DNA from: Gammaproteobacteria bacterium
GTDB taxonomy: Bacteria > Pseudomonadota > Gammaproteobacteria > Eutrophobiales > Eutrophobiaceae
Length of the DNA: 64,000 nt
Direction: 5' to 3'
Assembly: GCA_965229565.1 (NCBI GenBank)
Contig: OZ245888.1
Coordinates: forward strand, 848,639 to 912,638
Under the pieces are notes generated by a model. The model did not search any database and had not been told where the DNA came from. It saw only the letters and a list, made by a program, of their open reading frames with translations. Position numbers and translations under genes: made by a program. How positions within the stretch are numbered: the stretch's first letter is position 1; each line of letters opens with the position of its first letter. Shown here one piece after another: positions 42,534 to 53,250 of this stretch.

Positions 42534-43409
42534 CTATAGCATGAGGTTGAGGTAGGTCGCCATAATATAGGGCCCCCAGATCATCGAAATCCAGCCGGCA
42601 ATGGCGAGATAGGGTCCAAAGGGAATCGGAATAGTGCGATCACGGGATTTAAGCACAATCATGGCTATTCCGATGAAGGCCCCTACCAGCGAAGACATTA
42701 CAATAATCAGTGGCAGCATCTGCCAGCCAAACCATGCACCTAGTAAACCGAGCAATTTAAAATCGCCATGCCCCATACCTTCCTTGCCGGTTACCAGTTT
42801 AAAGATGATGTAGACAGTCCATAAGGTACCGTAACCGAGCATGGCACCAATCACACTGGCCTGCAGGGTGGTAAATACACCGAACAGGTTAAGCAGGATG
42901 CCAAGCCAGAGAAATGGCAGGGTGATGTTATCCGGTAACAGTTGCTCATCAATATCGATAAAACTCAGTGCTATCAAGGCCCAGGTCAGGATAATGGCAA
43001 ACAGGGTTTGAATAGTAACGCCAAAGTAGTAGGCAACACTTACTGAAGCCAAAGCCGTAAGCAGTTCGATAGCAGGGTAGCGCAGTGATATCCTTGTTCC
43101 GCATTCCTTACAGCGACCCTTAAGGAACAGGTAACTAATAACCGGAATATTTTCCAGTGCAGTTATCAGATGTTGACAGTTAGGACAGCGTGAGCGTGGC
43201 ACGACCAGATTAAAAGCCGATGTCTGCTGTTCTTCTTCCGTTGTTAATTCAAGAAATTCACAACACTCTTCACGCCATTCTTGTTTCATCATGACGGGCA
43301 GTCGCAGTATAACGACATTCAGAAAACTGCCGACCATTAAACTAAAGAGAAAAACTGCCGCCAGGAAAAAGGCGGGGTGCATGATGAATGCTTCAGTAAT
43401 TATTGACAC
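42534..43409 (-). CDS. pilD: Prepilin leader peptidase / N-methyltransferase PilD (A24 family)
   Basis: Polytopic membrane protein with a cytoplasmic tetracysteine (CPNC...CKEC) and catalytic Asp regions typical of PilD. It sits upstream of coaE as in Pseudomonas. Confidence 0.85.
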   Translation of the reverse strand: MSIITEAFIMHPAFFLAAVFLFSLMVGSFLNVVILRLPVMMKQEWREECCEFLELTTEEEQQTSAFNLVVPRSRCPNCQHLITALENIPVISYLFLKGRCKECGTRISLRYPAIELLTALASVSVAYYFGVTIQTLFAIILTWALIALSFIDIDEQLLPDNITLPFLWLGILLNLFGVFTTLQASVIGAMLGYGTLWTVYIIFKLVTGKEGMGHGDFKLLGLLGAWFGWQMLPLIIVMSSLVGAFIGIAMIVLKSRDRTIPIPFGPYLAIAGWISMIWGPYIMATYLNLML

Positions 43410-43479
43410 AAGTCAGGCCTGTACTTGAAGAAGAGAACCGGAATTTGTAGAGCCCTAATAGATGGGCTGAACGGGTATA

Positions 43480-44700
43480 TTATACGACCGCGCCCATCTT
43501 GAAAATCGGCAGGTACATACCAATTACGATACCACCGATGACAACACCCAGGAAACCCATGATCATCGGTTCAAGCAGGCTGGTTAATGCCTCTACGGCA
43601 TCGTCTACTTCCTGCTCGTACCAGTCGGCGACCTTGCCAAGCATTGTGTCAATCGCGCCGGATTCTTCACCAATTGCCACCATTTGCACGACCATGTTAG
43701 GGAAAAGACCTGAATCGCGCATCGCAGCCTGTAATTGAGTCCCGGTAGAGATTTCGTCTTTCATTTTCATCGTGGCGTCATAAAACTTGATGTTACCGCA
43801 TGCCCCTGCAACAGAAGACATGGCCTCCACCAGCGGCGTACCGGCTGCAAACATGGTTTCCAGTGTTCTGGCAAAACGAGCGATGGCTGATTTCTCAAGT
43901 ATCTCGCCGATGACAGGGATCTTTAAACTTGCTTTGTCTATAAAGTGTTGTACCGCAATGGAGCGTTTTTTGAGTTGAATCAAGCCAAACACAGTGCCGC
44001 CCATTGCCACGAAAATATAAAACCAGTAAGCCACAAAAAAGTTAGAGCAGTCGATCAGGAACTGGGTTAATGCAGGCAGGTCAGCACCGAAAGAACTAAA
44101 CAGTTCAGTAAACTGTGGAATCACGAATATCATCAGGATGGATACAACGATAACCGCTGCGACAATAACGGCCGCAGGATAGAACAGGGCTGATTTAATC
44201 TTGGATTTCAGTGCCTCTGTTTTTTCCATGTAGGCGGCAATCTTGTGCAAGATGGCTTCCAGGATACCGGCATGTTCACCGGCCTCGACCAGGTTGCAAT
44301 AGAGAGCGTTGAATTGCATCGGGCGTTTCTGTAATGCGTCTGTGAGGTTATTACCGGCCTCAACGTCGGCTTTGATACCGAGGATTAATTCCTGCATGCC
44401 TGCATTTTCATGACCACGTCCGACGATTTCAAATGCCTGTACCAGTGGTACACCGGAAGACATCATGGTAGCCAACTGTCGACTGAATACGGTGATATCT
44501 TTTGGAGTGATCTTGGTTTTGCCACCACCACCTAACAGTGGCTTGGGCTTTTTCTTGCACTTGAGAGGATTGACTCCCTGGCGCCGCAGTACGGCCTTGA
44601 CCAGGGCTTCGCTTTGGCCGGTCATTTCCCCTTTTACACGTTTGCCTTGTCTGTCGGTACCTTCCCAGACATACATATCTGCTTTTTGTGCTTCAGCCAT
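43480..44700 (-). CDS. pilC: Type IV pilus inner-membrane platform protein PilC (GspF family)
   Basis: 406 aa with two GspF repeats. Position between pilB and pilD. Confidence 0.85.
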   Translation of the reverse strand: MAEAQKADMYVWEGTDRQGKRVKGEMTGQSEALVKAVLRRQGVNPLKCKKKPKPLLGGGGKTKITPKDITVFSRQLATMMSSGVPLVQAFEIVGRGHENAGMQELILGIKADVEAGNNLTDALQKRPMQFNALYCNLVEAGEHAGILEAILHKIAAYMEKTEALKSKIKSALFYPAAVIVAAVIVVSILMIFVIPQFTELFSSFGADLPALTQFLIDCSNFFVAYWFYIFVAMGGTVFGLIQLKKRSIAVQHFIDKASLKIPVIGEILEKSAIARFARTLETMFAAGTPLVEAMSSVAGACGNIKFYDATMKMKDEISTGTQLQAAMRDSGLFPNMVVQMVAIGEESGAIDTMLGKVADWYEQEVDDAVEALTSLLEPMIMGFLGVVIGGIVIGMYLPIFKMGAVV

Positions 44701-44705
44701 AATCC

Positions 44706-46427
44706 TTACTCAACAGTCACTCGGTTAACCTCGGTCAAACTGGTAATGCCATCTGCGACTTTCTGCAGGCCACTGCGCCTGATATCCCAAATGCCTTCGG
44801 CCAGCGCCTGGTCAGCAAGCTGTACAGCGTTGGCCCCCTCGATAATCAGACGCTTCATCGCATCCGAGATGTTCATTACCTGGTATATACCCGCACGCCC
44901 TTTATAACCCGGGTTGTCTTCTGTTACTTCGCCAGGCTCGTAAATTGTGAGCCCTTTCTCAATCATGTCCTCTGGGAAGCCCTCGTCCTTCAATGCCTCG
45001 GGTGGCATCTCGGCAGGTACCATATTGCCGGAGTTCAGGCGTCGACACAGGCGTTGTGCTGTAATCAGGTTAATACTGGTTGCGACGGCAAAGGCCTGGA
45101 TACCCATATCCTGTAGACGCGTTAGCGTTTGCGGGCCGTCATTGGTATGCAGGGTAGACATCACCATGTGGCCAGTCTGGGCGGCTTTTACTGCGATAGA
45201 GGCCGTACCGAGATCTCGAATCTCGCCAACGAGAATAATATCCGGGTCCTGACGCAGGAAGGCCTTCAATGCCTTTTCAAATGTCATGCCGGTACGTTCA
45301 TCGACCTGCACCTGGTTTACGCCGGCCAGGTTGATTTCCACCGGGTCTTCTGCCGTGGAAATGTTGATGTCTACCTGGTTGAGTATATTAATACCGGTGT
45401 AAAGCGAAACGGTTTTACCACTACCCGTTGGCCCGGTGACCAGGAACATACCGTAGGGTTTATGCAGGTTCTCGAGGAACAGTTCTTTTTGAAAATCTTC
45501 GTAGCCAAGCTGATCAATCTGCAACGCGGCAGCATCCGAATTGAGGATACGCATCACGCTTTTTTCACCAAACAGCGTCGGACAGGTACTGACACGAAAA
45601 TCAATCGACTTGGTCTTGGAAAGTTTAAGCTTGATACGACCATCTTGCGGCACGCGGCGCTCGGATACGTCCAGTCGCGACATGACCTTGATACGGGCCG
45701 CGATCTTGTTGGACAGGCTCAGTGGTGGTTTGGCGACTTCCTGCAATACACCATCAATTCGGAATCGAACCCGGTAGACCTTTTCGTATGGCTCAAAGTG
45801 TAAGTCAGATGCCCCTTTCTTGATGGCGTCAAGTAATACCTTGTTGACGAAACGTACGACCGGGGCGTCATCCACATCGGAATCATCATCACCCGGATGA
45901 TCGCCACCATCTTCGGCCACTTCAAGATCATCCAGGTCTTCGAAATCTTCATCATCCATGTCGCCCAGGCCACCATCAGCATCTTCCAGTGCTTTATCTA
46001 TTGTTTTACTGAGCTTGTCTTCTTCGACAATGACGGCATCGGTATTCAGGCCGGTCGCAAACTTGATCTCATCCAGTGCCTGGATATTGGTGGGATCGGA
46101 AATAGCGACGGCGAGTCTTTTTCCGCGTCTGAATATAGGTAAAGCATGGTGTTTCTTGATCTGGTCTTCCTTAACCAGCTTGACGACGTCCGGGTCAATA
46201 TCGACCAGGTTGATGTCTACCAGTGGAAATCCAAACTCGGTTGATGCCGCAATGGCGATGCTGTTACTGGGTACGAGTTTTTCACTGACAACGTGGGAGA
46301 CGAAGGGAATTTTTTTCTTGAGTGCCGCTTCCCAGGCGGTCTGGGCCTTTTCCTCATCCAGCAGGCCATCCATAACCAGCTTCCTGGCCAGCCCCCCGAG
46401 ATTTATTTTTCTGTTAGAAACAGCCAT
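44706..46427 (-). CDS. pilB: Type IV pilus assembly ATPase PilB (GspE family)
   Basis: Walker A GPTGSGKT, an Asp box, a His box, and a tetracysteine-less N-terminal GspII-like domain. 573 aa. Confidence 0.9.
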   Translation of the reverse strand: MAVSNRKINLGGLARKLVMDGLLDEEKAQTAWEAALKKKIPFVSHVVSEKLVPSNSIAIAASTEFGFPLVDINLVDIDPDVVKLVKEDQIKKHHALPIFRRGKRLAVAISDPTNIQALDEIKFATGLNTDAVIVEEDKLSKTIDKALEDADGGLGDMDDEDFEDLDDLEVAEDGGDHPGDDDSDVDDAPVVRFVNKVLLDAIKKGASDLHFEPYEKVYRVRFRIDGVLQEVAKPPLSLSNKIAARIKVMSRLDVSERRVPQDGRIKLKLSKTKSIDFRVSTCPTLFGEKSVMRILNSDAAALQIDQLGYEDFQKELFLENLHKPYGMFLVTGPTGSGKTVSLYTGINILNQVDINISTAEDPVEINLAGVNQVQVDERTGMTFEKALKAFLRQDPDIILVGEIRDLGTASIAVKAAQTGHMVMSTLHTNDGPQTLTRLQDMGIQAFAVATSINLITAQRLCRRLNSGNMVPAEMPPEALKDEGFPEDMIEKGLTIYEPGEVTEDNPGYKGRAGIYQVMNISDAMKRLIIEGANAVQLADQALAEGIWDIRRSGLQKVADGITSLTEVNRVTVE

Positions 46428-46568
46428 TGCTGCACCCTTGACCCATTAAAATATCAAGTATGACAGCTAAATATTAGATTATATAGAAAAAATAACCAAT
46501 AGTTTTAGGGTAAAAACGGTGAATTATTAAGCTGATGCGACTGAAAATACAGGTATTTCCGTAAATTA

Positions 46569-49160
46569 TCAGGCCGCATCCGCTTCCTTCTGACTGAACT
46601 GCAGTTCCCCGTCGGAAAGATCCACGCGGATGATCGACTCCGGTCCAAATTCGCCAGACAGGATTTTTTCCGCGATCGGGGTTTCAATATCATCCTGTAT
46701 TGCCCGTTTTAATGGTCTTGCGCCGTATACCGGGTCAAAGCCGGTTTTACCAAGGTGCGTGATTGCCTCGTCGCTGATCTCCAGAGACATCTCCTGGTCG
46801 GCCAGTCGCTTGCGCAAGCGGGATAGCTGGATTTTGGCTATCGCGTTGATTTGTTCCTGCAGCAGGGCATGGAACACCACGACCTCGTCGATACGGTTCA
46901 GAAACTCGGGCCGGAAATGCTGACTGACCTCGTGCATCACGACTTCCTTCATGGTGTCGTAGTCAGAGTCGTTGGTCATCTCCTGGATAAGGTTTGAACC
47001 AAGGTTAGAGGTCATGACGATGACCGTGTTACGGAAATCAACGGTGCGACCATGACCATCGGTCAGGCGTCCGTCATCCAGTACCTGTAACAGGATATTG
47101 AATACGTCGTTATGCGCCTTCTCGATTTCGTCCAGCAGTATCAGGCTGTAGGGTCGACGACGCACGGCCTCCGTCAGGTAACCACCTTGCTCATAGCCAA
47201 CATATCCGGGTGGGGCGCCGATCAGTCGAGCTACCGAGTGCTTTTCCATGAACTCCGACATATCAATACGAATCATGGCGTCTTCGCTATCGAAGATAAA
47301 TTCAGTCAAGCTCTTGCAAAGTTCTGTCTTACCGACACCGGTGGGACCAAGAAACAGGAAGCTGCCATTTGGCTTTTGCGGGTCTGACAGGCCCGCGCGC
47401 GAACGTCGTATTGCATTGGCCACGGCCTTGACGGCCTGGTCCTGACCTACGACACGCTGATGCAAGGCATCTTCCATTTGTAACAGTTTTTCCTTCTCAC
47501 CTTCGAGCATCTTGCTGACCGGGATACCGGTCCACGCAGCAACGACCTCGGCGATCTCGTTTTCAGTCACCTTGTTTCGTAACAGTTTCATGTCTTGCAT
47601 CTCGGCGGCACCGGCCCTATCCAGCTGCTTTTCCAGTTCCGGGATAGTGCCGTATTGCAGTTCCGACATGGCATTTAAATCTCCGGCGCGCCTGGCGGCT
47701 TCAAAATCAATACGTGCCTGCTCCAGTTTTTCCTTGATGGTATGGGAACCATGCAGGGCTGCCTTTTCGGCCACCCAGATCTCTTCCAGGTCCTTGAACT
47801 CGCGCTCGGTTTCATTGATCTCGTCTTCAAGCAGGCCAAGGCGCTTCTTCGAGGCCGGGTCGTTTTCCTTCTTTAAAGCCTCACGTTCTATCTTCATCTG
47901 GATCAGGCGCCGTTCCAGCCTGTCCATGGATTCCGGTTTCGAATTGATTTCAATACTGATACGGCTGGCCGATTCGTCGATCAAGTCAATGGCCTTGTCC
48001 GGTAGTTGCCTGTCGGTAATGTAACGCGTGGACAGCGTCGCTGCGGCGACAATCGCGGGGTCGGTTATCTGTACATTGTGGTGTACCTCGTAGCGTTCTT
48101 TCAGGCCACGTAGAATCGCGATGGTATCTTCGACACTGGGTTCATTGACGAGTACTTTCTGAAAGCGTCGTTCCAGTGCTGCATCTTTTTCTATGTTTTC
48201 CCGGTATTCATCAAGCGTGGTCGCGCCAATACAGTGCAGTTCACCTCGTGCCAGTGCAGGCTTTAACATGTTGCCCGCATCCATGGCGCCCTCGGCCTTG
48301 CCAGCGCCGACCATGGTATGCACCTCGTCGATAAACAGGATGATCTGTCCTTCCTGTTTGGAAAGGTCGTTCAGTACGGCCTTGAGTCGTTCTTCGAATT
48401 CACCGCGAAACTTGGCACCGGCAATCAGTGCGCCCATGTCCAGTGACAGCAGGCGCTTGTGACGCAGTGCATCCGGCACCTCGTTATTGACGATACGTTG
48501 TGCCAGTCCTTCTACGATAGCGGTTTTACCAACACCGGGTTCACCAATCAGGACGGGGTTGTTTTTGGTCCTGCGTTGCAAGACCTGGATGGTACGACGG
48601 ATTTCTTCATCACGACCAATGACCGGGTCCAGTTTGCCGTTTTCGGCGCGCTCGGTCAGATCGATAGTATATTTTTGCAGTGCCTGCCGGTTTTCCTCGG
48701 CATTGGGATCGCTAACCTGTTCACCACCGCGGACATCGTCAATGGCGTTGTTGATCCTGCTCTTGTCGGCACCGGCCTGGCGAAAGATGTCACCAAGTTT
48801 GCCCTTGTCTTCCAGTACGGCAATGGCAAACAGTTCGCTGGAAATAAATTCATCCTTGCGCTGTTGTGCTGCCTTGTCCATCAGGTTCAGCAAACGATCC
48901 AGATCGCGGCTGATATGTACATCGCCGGCAGTGCCACTCACACCAGGTAACGAATCAATCAGTTTATTAATATCGTTGCTGAGCTTGTTAATGTTGACGC
49001 CTGCATTGGCAAGCAGGTTGCGCAATGTCCCTCCCTGCTGATCCAGCAGGGCCCTGGCAACATGTGCGGGTTCGATGTACTGGTTGTCCTTGCCAATCGC
49101 CAGCGACTGGGCATCGGCGAGTGCCAGTTGTAATTTTGTTGTCAGTTTATCCGGGCGCAT
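46569..49160 (-). CDS. clpB: AAA+ disaggregase chaperone ClpB
   Basis: 863 aa with N-terminal [21 protein letters not shown], two AAA modules ([13 protein letters not shown] and [14 protein letters not shown]), and a coiled-coil M domain. Confidence 0.95.
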   Translation of the reverse strand: MRPDKLTTKLQLALADAQSLAIGKDNQYIEPAHVARALLDQQGGTLRNLLANAGVNINKLSNDINKLIDSLPGVSGTAGDVHISRDLDRLLNLMDKAAQQRKDEFISSELFAIAVLEDKGKLGDIFRQAGADKSRINNAIDDVRGGEQVSDPNAEENRQALQKYTIDLTERAENGKLDPVIGRDEEIRRTIQVLQRRTKNNPVLIGEPGVGKTAIVEGLAQRIVNNEVPDALRHKRLLSLDMGALIAGAKFRGEFEERLKAVLNDLSKQEGQIILFIDEVHTMVGAGKAEGAMDAGNMLKPALARGELHCIGATTLDEYRENIEKDAALERRFQKVLVNEPSVEDTIAILRGLKERYEVHHNVQITDPAIVAAATLSTRYITDRQLPDKAIDLIDESASRISIEINSKPESMDRLERRLIQMKIEREALKKENDPASKKRLGLLEDEINETEREFKDLEEIWVAEKAALHGSHTIKEKLEQARIDFEAARRAGDLNAMSELQYGTIPELEKQLDRAGAAEMQDMKLLRNKVTENEIAEVVAAWTGIPVSKMLEGEKEKLLQMEDALHQRVVGQDQAVKAVANAIRRSRAGLSDPQKPNGSFLFLGPTGVGKTELCKSLTEFIFDSEDAMIRIDMSEFMEKHSVARLIGAPPGYVGYEQGGYLTEAVRRRPYSLILLDEIEKAHNDVFNILLQVLDDGRLTDGHGRTVDFRNTVIVMTSNLGSNLIQEMTNDSDYDTMKEVVMHEVSQHFRPEFLNRIDEVVVFHALLQEQINAIAKIQLSRLRKRLADQEMSLEISDEAITHLGKTGFDPVYGARPLKRAIQDDIETPIAEKILSGEFGPESIIRVDLSDGELQFSQKEADAA

Positions 49161-49196
49161 TGGTTCTCGGTATCTATAAAGTTACTAATATCCTGA

Positions 49197-49225
49197 TAAA
49201 TGGGGACAACAGGCACTTATTCAAG
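49197..49225 (-). promoter_or_regulatory. Sigma-32 (RpoH) heat-shock promoter of clpB
   Basis: The minus strand reads CTTGAAT-N13-CCCCATTT, against the consensus CTTGAAA-N13/14-CCCCATNT. It ends ~37 nt upstream of the clpB ATG. Confidence 0.65.
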
Positions 49226-49260
49226 TGTCTTGCCTGTTAATTAATACAGGCACGATTTGA

Positions 49261-50688
49261 CTAGTAAACGCCTATATCCTGGTAAGAGCGTGAAATTTTA
49301 CTGACCGCGACCACGAAAGCTGCCGTACGGTAGTCCGTTATCTGGTCATTACTATCAAGTACTTCCTTGATCTGCTGGAATGCGAGTCGCATGGTATCGT
49401 CCAGGCCAGAACGTACCAGGTCGAGTTCATCGGCACCGCGTACGAGTTCACGGTGTACCCAGTCGGGTGATTCCTTGCCGGTCATCGCTTCCACCGCTTT
49501 CAAAATATTTTCGCCGCGCGTCTCGTCATAACGGCGTTCCATACGGCCAAAGCGTATGTGTGCCAGGTTTCGAATCCACTCGAAATAGGACACGGTCACG
49601 CCGCCTGCATTGACGTAGGCATCGGGTATGATTGGAATGTTACGTGCCCGCAATATCTCGTCGCCCTCGAATGTTACTGGCCCGTTCGCGGCCTCGAATA
49701 TGATATTTGCCTGGATTTTGGCCGCGTTATGCTCGGTAATTTGCGCTTCCAGCGCAGCCGGGATCAAAATGTCGCATTCCAGTTCCAGCGCCAGTTTGCC
49801 GTCTTCCAGGAACTCGGCATCCGGGTACCCCTTCACTGTTTTATTTTCAATATTGTATTGATGCAGGTTATCGATATTGATGCCGGCACTGTTCACCAGT
49901 GCGCCATCACGTTCAATGACAGCAATGATTTTGCAATTGTCCTCATCGTGTAAGAGTTTTGCGGCGTGATAACCGACATTACCCAGCCCCTGCAAGACCA
50001 CTTTTTTTCCAGCAAGGCCGCCATCAAGCCCGGCTTTTTTCACATCCTCGGGATGGCGAAAGAATTCACGCATGGCATAAACAACGCCACGGCCGGTCGC
50101 CTCGGTCCTGCCGCGAATACCGCCATGTGCTACCGGTTTCCCGGTGACACAACCGGAGTAGTTCACATCTTCCGGGTGCAGGTGTTTGTAGGTGTCGGCT
50201 ATCCATGCCATCTCGCGTTCACCGGTGCCCATGTCCGGCGCCGGTACATTGGTGGCCGGACTGAGAAAGCCCTTGCGTATCAGTTCGCGCGCAAAGCGGC
50301 GGGTAATGAGTTCCACTTCATCCCGGGAGTATTTAGTCGGATCGATTTGCAGGCCACCCTTGGAACCGCCAAACGGCACGTCAACAATGGCACACTTATA
50401 AGTCATCAGGGCGGCCAGCGCCTCTACTTCATCTTCATCCACAATAGCTGCATACCTTATGCCGCCCTTGGCAGGCAAGCGATGGATGCTGTGCACAGAG
50501 CGCCAGCCGGTGAAGACCTCGATATGATCACCAATGTCCACCGGGAAGTTAACCTTCAGGGTAGAGTTACAGGTCTTCATTGCCTTGGCGATACCGGGAT
50601 CCATATCCAGTACAGACAGTGCCCGGTCAACCATGTGGTTAACACTCTCCCTGAAACTGGTTTTCTTACCCTTATTGTTGTTGTTCAT
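49261..50688 (-). CDS. Glu/Leu/Phe/Val dehydrogenase family protein (probable glutamate dehydrogenase)
   Basis: Catalytic-Lys motif FGGSKGG and a C-terminal Rossmann domain GLGNVG. 475 aa. Confidence 0.7.
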   Translation of the reverse strand: MNNNNKGKKTSFRESVNHMVDRALSVLDMDPGIAKAMKTCNSTLKVNFPVDIGDHIEVFTGWRSVHSIHRLPAKGGIRYAAIVDEDEVEALAALMTYKCAIVDVPFGGSKGGLQIDPTKYSRDEVELITRRFARELIRKGFLSPATNVPAPDMGTGEREMAWIADTYKHLHPEDVNYSGCVTGKPVAHGGIRGRTEATGRGVVYAMREFFRHPEDVKKAGLDGGLAGKKVVLQGLGNVGYHAAKLLHDEDNCKIIAVIERDGALVNSAGINIDNLHQYNIENKTVKGYPDAEFLEDGKLALELECDILIPAALEAQITEHNAAKIQANIIFEAANGPVTFEGDEILRARNIPIIPDAYVNAGGVTVSYFEWIRNLAHIRFGRMERRYDETRGENILKAVEAMTGKESPDWVHRELVRGADELDLVRSGLDDTMRLAFQQIKEVLDSNDQITDYRTAAFVVAVSKISRSYQDIGVY

Positions 50689-50742
50689 AGTCAGGCTCTG
50701 CTTGTTATTGTTATTAATACCTAGCTTAGTTCATTATTTTAC

Positions 50743-51486
50743 TTATTCCATCCAGATCAGGCTTGCCGTCCTGCCCGTCTTGCCATCCCGCCGGTATGAA
50801 TAAAACAGGTCTGCCTGTTCATAAGTGCATAGTCCACTGTCATAGACCCTGTTTACACGGTTTGCTGTCAGGCTCAGTTTCACCAGTTTTCTCATATCAA
50901 GCTGCCAGTGTGTTGCATCGGTTTGCTCGAGGGCAGTTTGACTGGCTTCCCGGTAGGCCAGGCAGGCACTCACGACATCCTGGCCTACCTCGTAACATGC
51001 TTTACTGATGCAGGGTCCTATCCAGACCAGTAGCTGTTCCGGTTCCGGGAAAAGGTCGACAACACGATCAATAATGCCCTTACAGGTTCCTCGCCAGCCT
51101 GCATGTACGGCAGCAATACACTCACCCTGTTCATCACTGAACAGCAACGGCACGCAGTCAGCCGTGAGTACTGCACAGACAGTATTGTGTCGCCGGGTCA
51201 TACTGCCATCCGCCTTACCGGATTCCGCCTGTTCTGTATCCAGGTTGATAATCCTGTTGCCGTGTACCTGTTGTAGCCAGGCTGGCGCTGCAGGTAACTT
51301 GTGACGCGCGATAAAAGAATCGCGATTGGCAAGGACCGAGTTTGCATCATCCCCGACATGTGCCGCCAGGTTCAGGCTGGCATAGTTACCCTGGCTGACG
51401 CCACCAACGCGTAATGACGTACCGGCACGGACATGCGCTGCTGCCGGCCAGTCTGCCTCGATCCAGTCTTTGCTATTCACGGTCAT
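50743..51486 (-). CDS. pgeF: Peptidoglycan editing factor PgeF (YfiH, purine nucleoside phosphorylase/LACC1 family)
   Basis: The start was reset to MTVNSKDW (ATG at 51484-51486), giving 248 aa; the upstream part of the ORF overlaps rluD. The rluD-pgeF-clpB order is the same as in E. coli. Conserved His/Cys residues present (CAVLTADCVPL, HAGWRG). Confidence 0.75.
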   Translation of the reverse strand: MTVNSKDWIEADWPAAAHVRAGTSLRVGGVSQGNYASLNLAAHVGDDANSVLANRDSFIARHKLPAAPAWLQQVHGNRIINLDTEQAESGKADGSMTRRHNTVCAVLTADCVPLLFSDEQGECIAAVHAGWRGTCKGIIDRVVDLFPEPEQLLVWIGPCISKACYEVGQDVVSACLAYREASQTALEQTDATHWQLDMRKLVKLSLTANRVNRVYDSGLCTYEQADLFYSYRRDGKTGRTASLIWME

Positions 51487-52438
51487 GTTCAGATAAAAGA
51501 GTAATGAGTGCCTGCATGTCATCCGGTACCGGTGCCTGGTACTCGAGCATCTGTCCCGTACGTGGGTGTGGCAGTTGCAATTGCCATGCATGCAGTGCCT
51601 GGCGCTTAAAATTCGCTACCGCATCGCGCACGGGTTCGCTGATGCCTTTTAACATTGATTTGTTCCTGCCATAGAGCGGATCACCGACAACAGCATGCTT
51701 GATATGAGACATGTGCACACGTATCTGGTGAGTGCGTCCTGTCTCCAGTATCACGCGTAGCAGAGTGTAGTGTTCGAATTTTTCCAGTAACCGGTAGTGC
51801 GTTAACGCGTGCTTGCCGGATTCGCTAACTGCCATGCGTGTACGTTTTGCAGGGTGACGGCCGATCCCGGTTTCGATCTGGCCACCGGCAGTGATGACAC
51901 CACAGACCAGCGCCTGGTATTCGCGCTTGATATCCCGTGACTGCAGCTTATCGACCAGGAAGGTATGTGCCTCCGGTGTGCGTGCAATCAGCATGATGCC
52001 GGTCGTGTCTTTATCCAGCCTGTGTACGATACCGGCGCGTGGCAGTCGATTCAGTTTACTATCGTGATGGAGCAGGGCATTGACCAGTGTATGCGCAGGG
52101 TTACCGGCACCGGGATGTACCACCAGCCCGGCCGGTTTATTAACCAGGATAATGTCGTCATCTTCGTAGACAATATTCAGCGGAATGGCTTCGGCCTGGT
52201 TTTCATCCATTGCCTCGAAACGGACATCGAGGTTGATCACATCGCCGGCCTGAACCGTATCGCGTTGCCTGGGTGCATTTTCGTTCACGGTAACCATGCC
52301 AGACTTGATCCAGGACTGGATTCGCGAACGCGAGTGTTGTGGCAATATCCTGCTGAGCACCTGGTCCAGCCGTAGCCCGGCATGCTCGTCGGTGATGGTG
52401 GTATTGAGTTCGAGTTTTTCCATATCAGTCGTTTGCAA
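51473..52438 (-). CDS. rluD: 23S rRNA pseudouridine(1911/1915/1917) synthase RluD
   Basis: S4 domain plus the RluA-family catalytic motif HRLDKDTTG. 321 aa. Confidence 0.9.
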   Translation of the reverse strand: MQTTDMEKLELNTTITDEHAGLRLDQVLSRILPQHSRSRIQSWIKSGMVTVNENAPRQRDTVQAGDVINLDVRFEAMDENQAEAIPLNIVYEDDDIILVNKPAGLVVHPGAGNPAHTLVNALLHHDSKLNRLPRAGIVHRLDKDTTGIMLIARTPEAHTFLVDKLQSRDIKREYQALVCGVITAGGQIETGIGRHPAKRTRMAVSESGKHALTHYRLLEKFEHYTLLRVILETGRTHQIRVHMSHIKHAVVGDPLYGRNKSMLKGISEPVRDAVANFKRQALHAWQLQLPHPRTGQMLEYQAPVPDDMQALITLLSEHDRE

Positions 52439-52478
52439 GAGTCTAGCCCTGAAGATGGGTTTAGGCTAACCTAGCGCC

Positions 52479-53249
52479 ATGCGTATTTTGACTACAATCT
52501 TACTGTTTTTCATACTTGCCGGCTGTTCATTCTTCGGCGATAAGGAAGACGAGACGGTTAACTGGAGTGCTGACCGCCTCTACGCGGAGGCGAGAGGGGC
52601 GCTTGATTCCGGCAACTACAATGATGCCGTAGATTTCTACCAGAAACTCGAAGCTCGCTTTCCATTTGGTAAACATGCCCAGCAGTCTTTGCTTGACCTG
52701 GCCTATGCCCATTACAGGAACGATGAGCCAGATGCGGCCATTGCTGCTTGCGACAGGTTTATCAAGCTATACCCGCAAAACCGTTTTGTTGACTATGCCT
52801 ATTACCTGAAGGGACTGGCGAATTTCAACCGCGGTAAAGGGCTGGCACAGAGACTGATACCACGGGACCAGGCGCAACGTGATCCGGGCTCAGCATTGCG
52901 CTCTTTCCAGGACTTTTCTGAGCTCGTTAAACGATTTCCGGATAGCCAGTACCGGAGCGATTCGGAACAACGTATGCGCTATCTGCGCAACCAGCTTGCC
53001 CAGAACGAGGTATACGTCGCCACCTATTATATGCGTCGCGGTGCATTTATTGCGGCCGTAAATCGCGCCCGTTACGTGATTGAGAACTATCAACGTACGC
53101 CCTCTGTACCGGATGCGCTGGTCATAATGGCCAAGGGCTATCGCATACTGGAAATGGAGGACCTGGCCAGCGATGCACTGCGCGTACTGGAAAAGAATTA
53201 CCCGAACCATCCGGGTATTTACGAAATTCGACAGTTAAGCGTTAACTAG
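52479..53249 (+). CDS. bamD: Outer-membrane protein assembly factor BamD (TPR lipoprotein)
   Basis: Lipobox LAGC with TPR repeats. Divergent from rluD, as bamD (yfiO) is in E. coli. Confidence 0.85.
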   Translation: MRILTTILLFFILAGCSFFGDKEDETVNWSADRLYAEARGALDSGNYNDAVDFYQKLEARFPFGKHAQQSLLDLAYAHYRNDEPDAAIAACDRFIKLYPQNRFVDYAYYLKGLANFNRGKGLAQRLIPRDQAQRDPGSALRSFQDFSELVKRFPDSQYRSDSEQRMRYLRNQLAQNEVYVATYYMRRGAFIAAVNRARYVIENYQRTPSVPDALVIMAKGYRILEMEDLASDALRVLEKNYPNHPGIYEIRQLSVN

Positions 53250-53250
53250 G

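Noticed and set aside
46428-46568. AT-rich 140-bp spacer between pilB and clpB, considered as a possible small RNA or mobile-element scar
   Set aside because: It contains no inverted repeats, direct repeats or conserved RNA motifs that I could see. It is most simply the pilB promoter plus the clpB 3' UTR.
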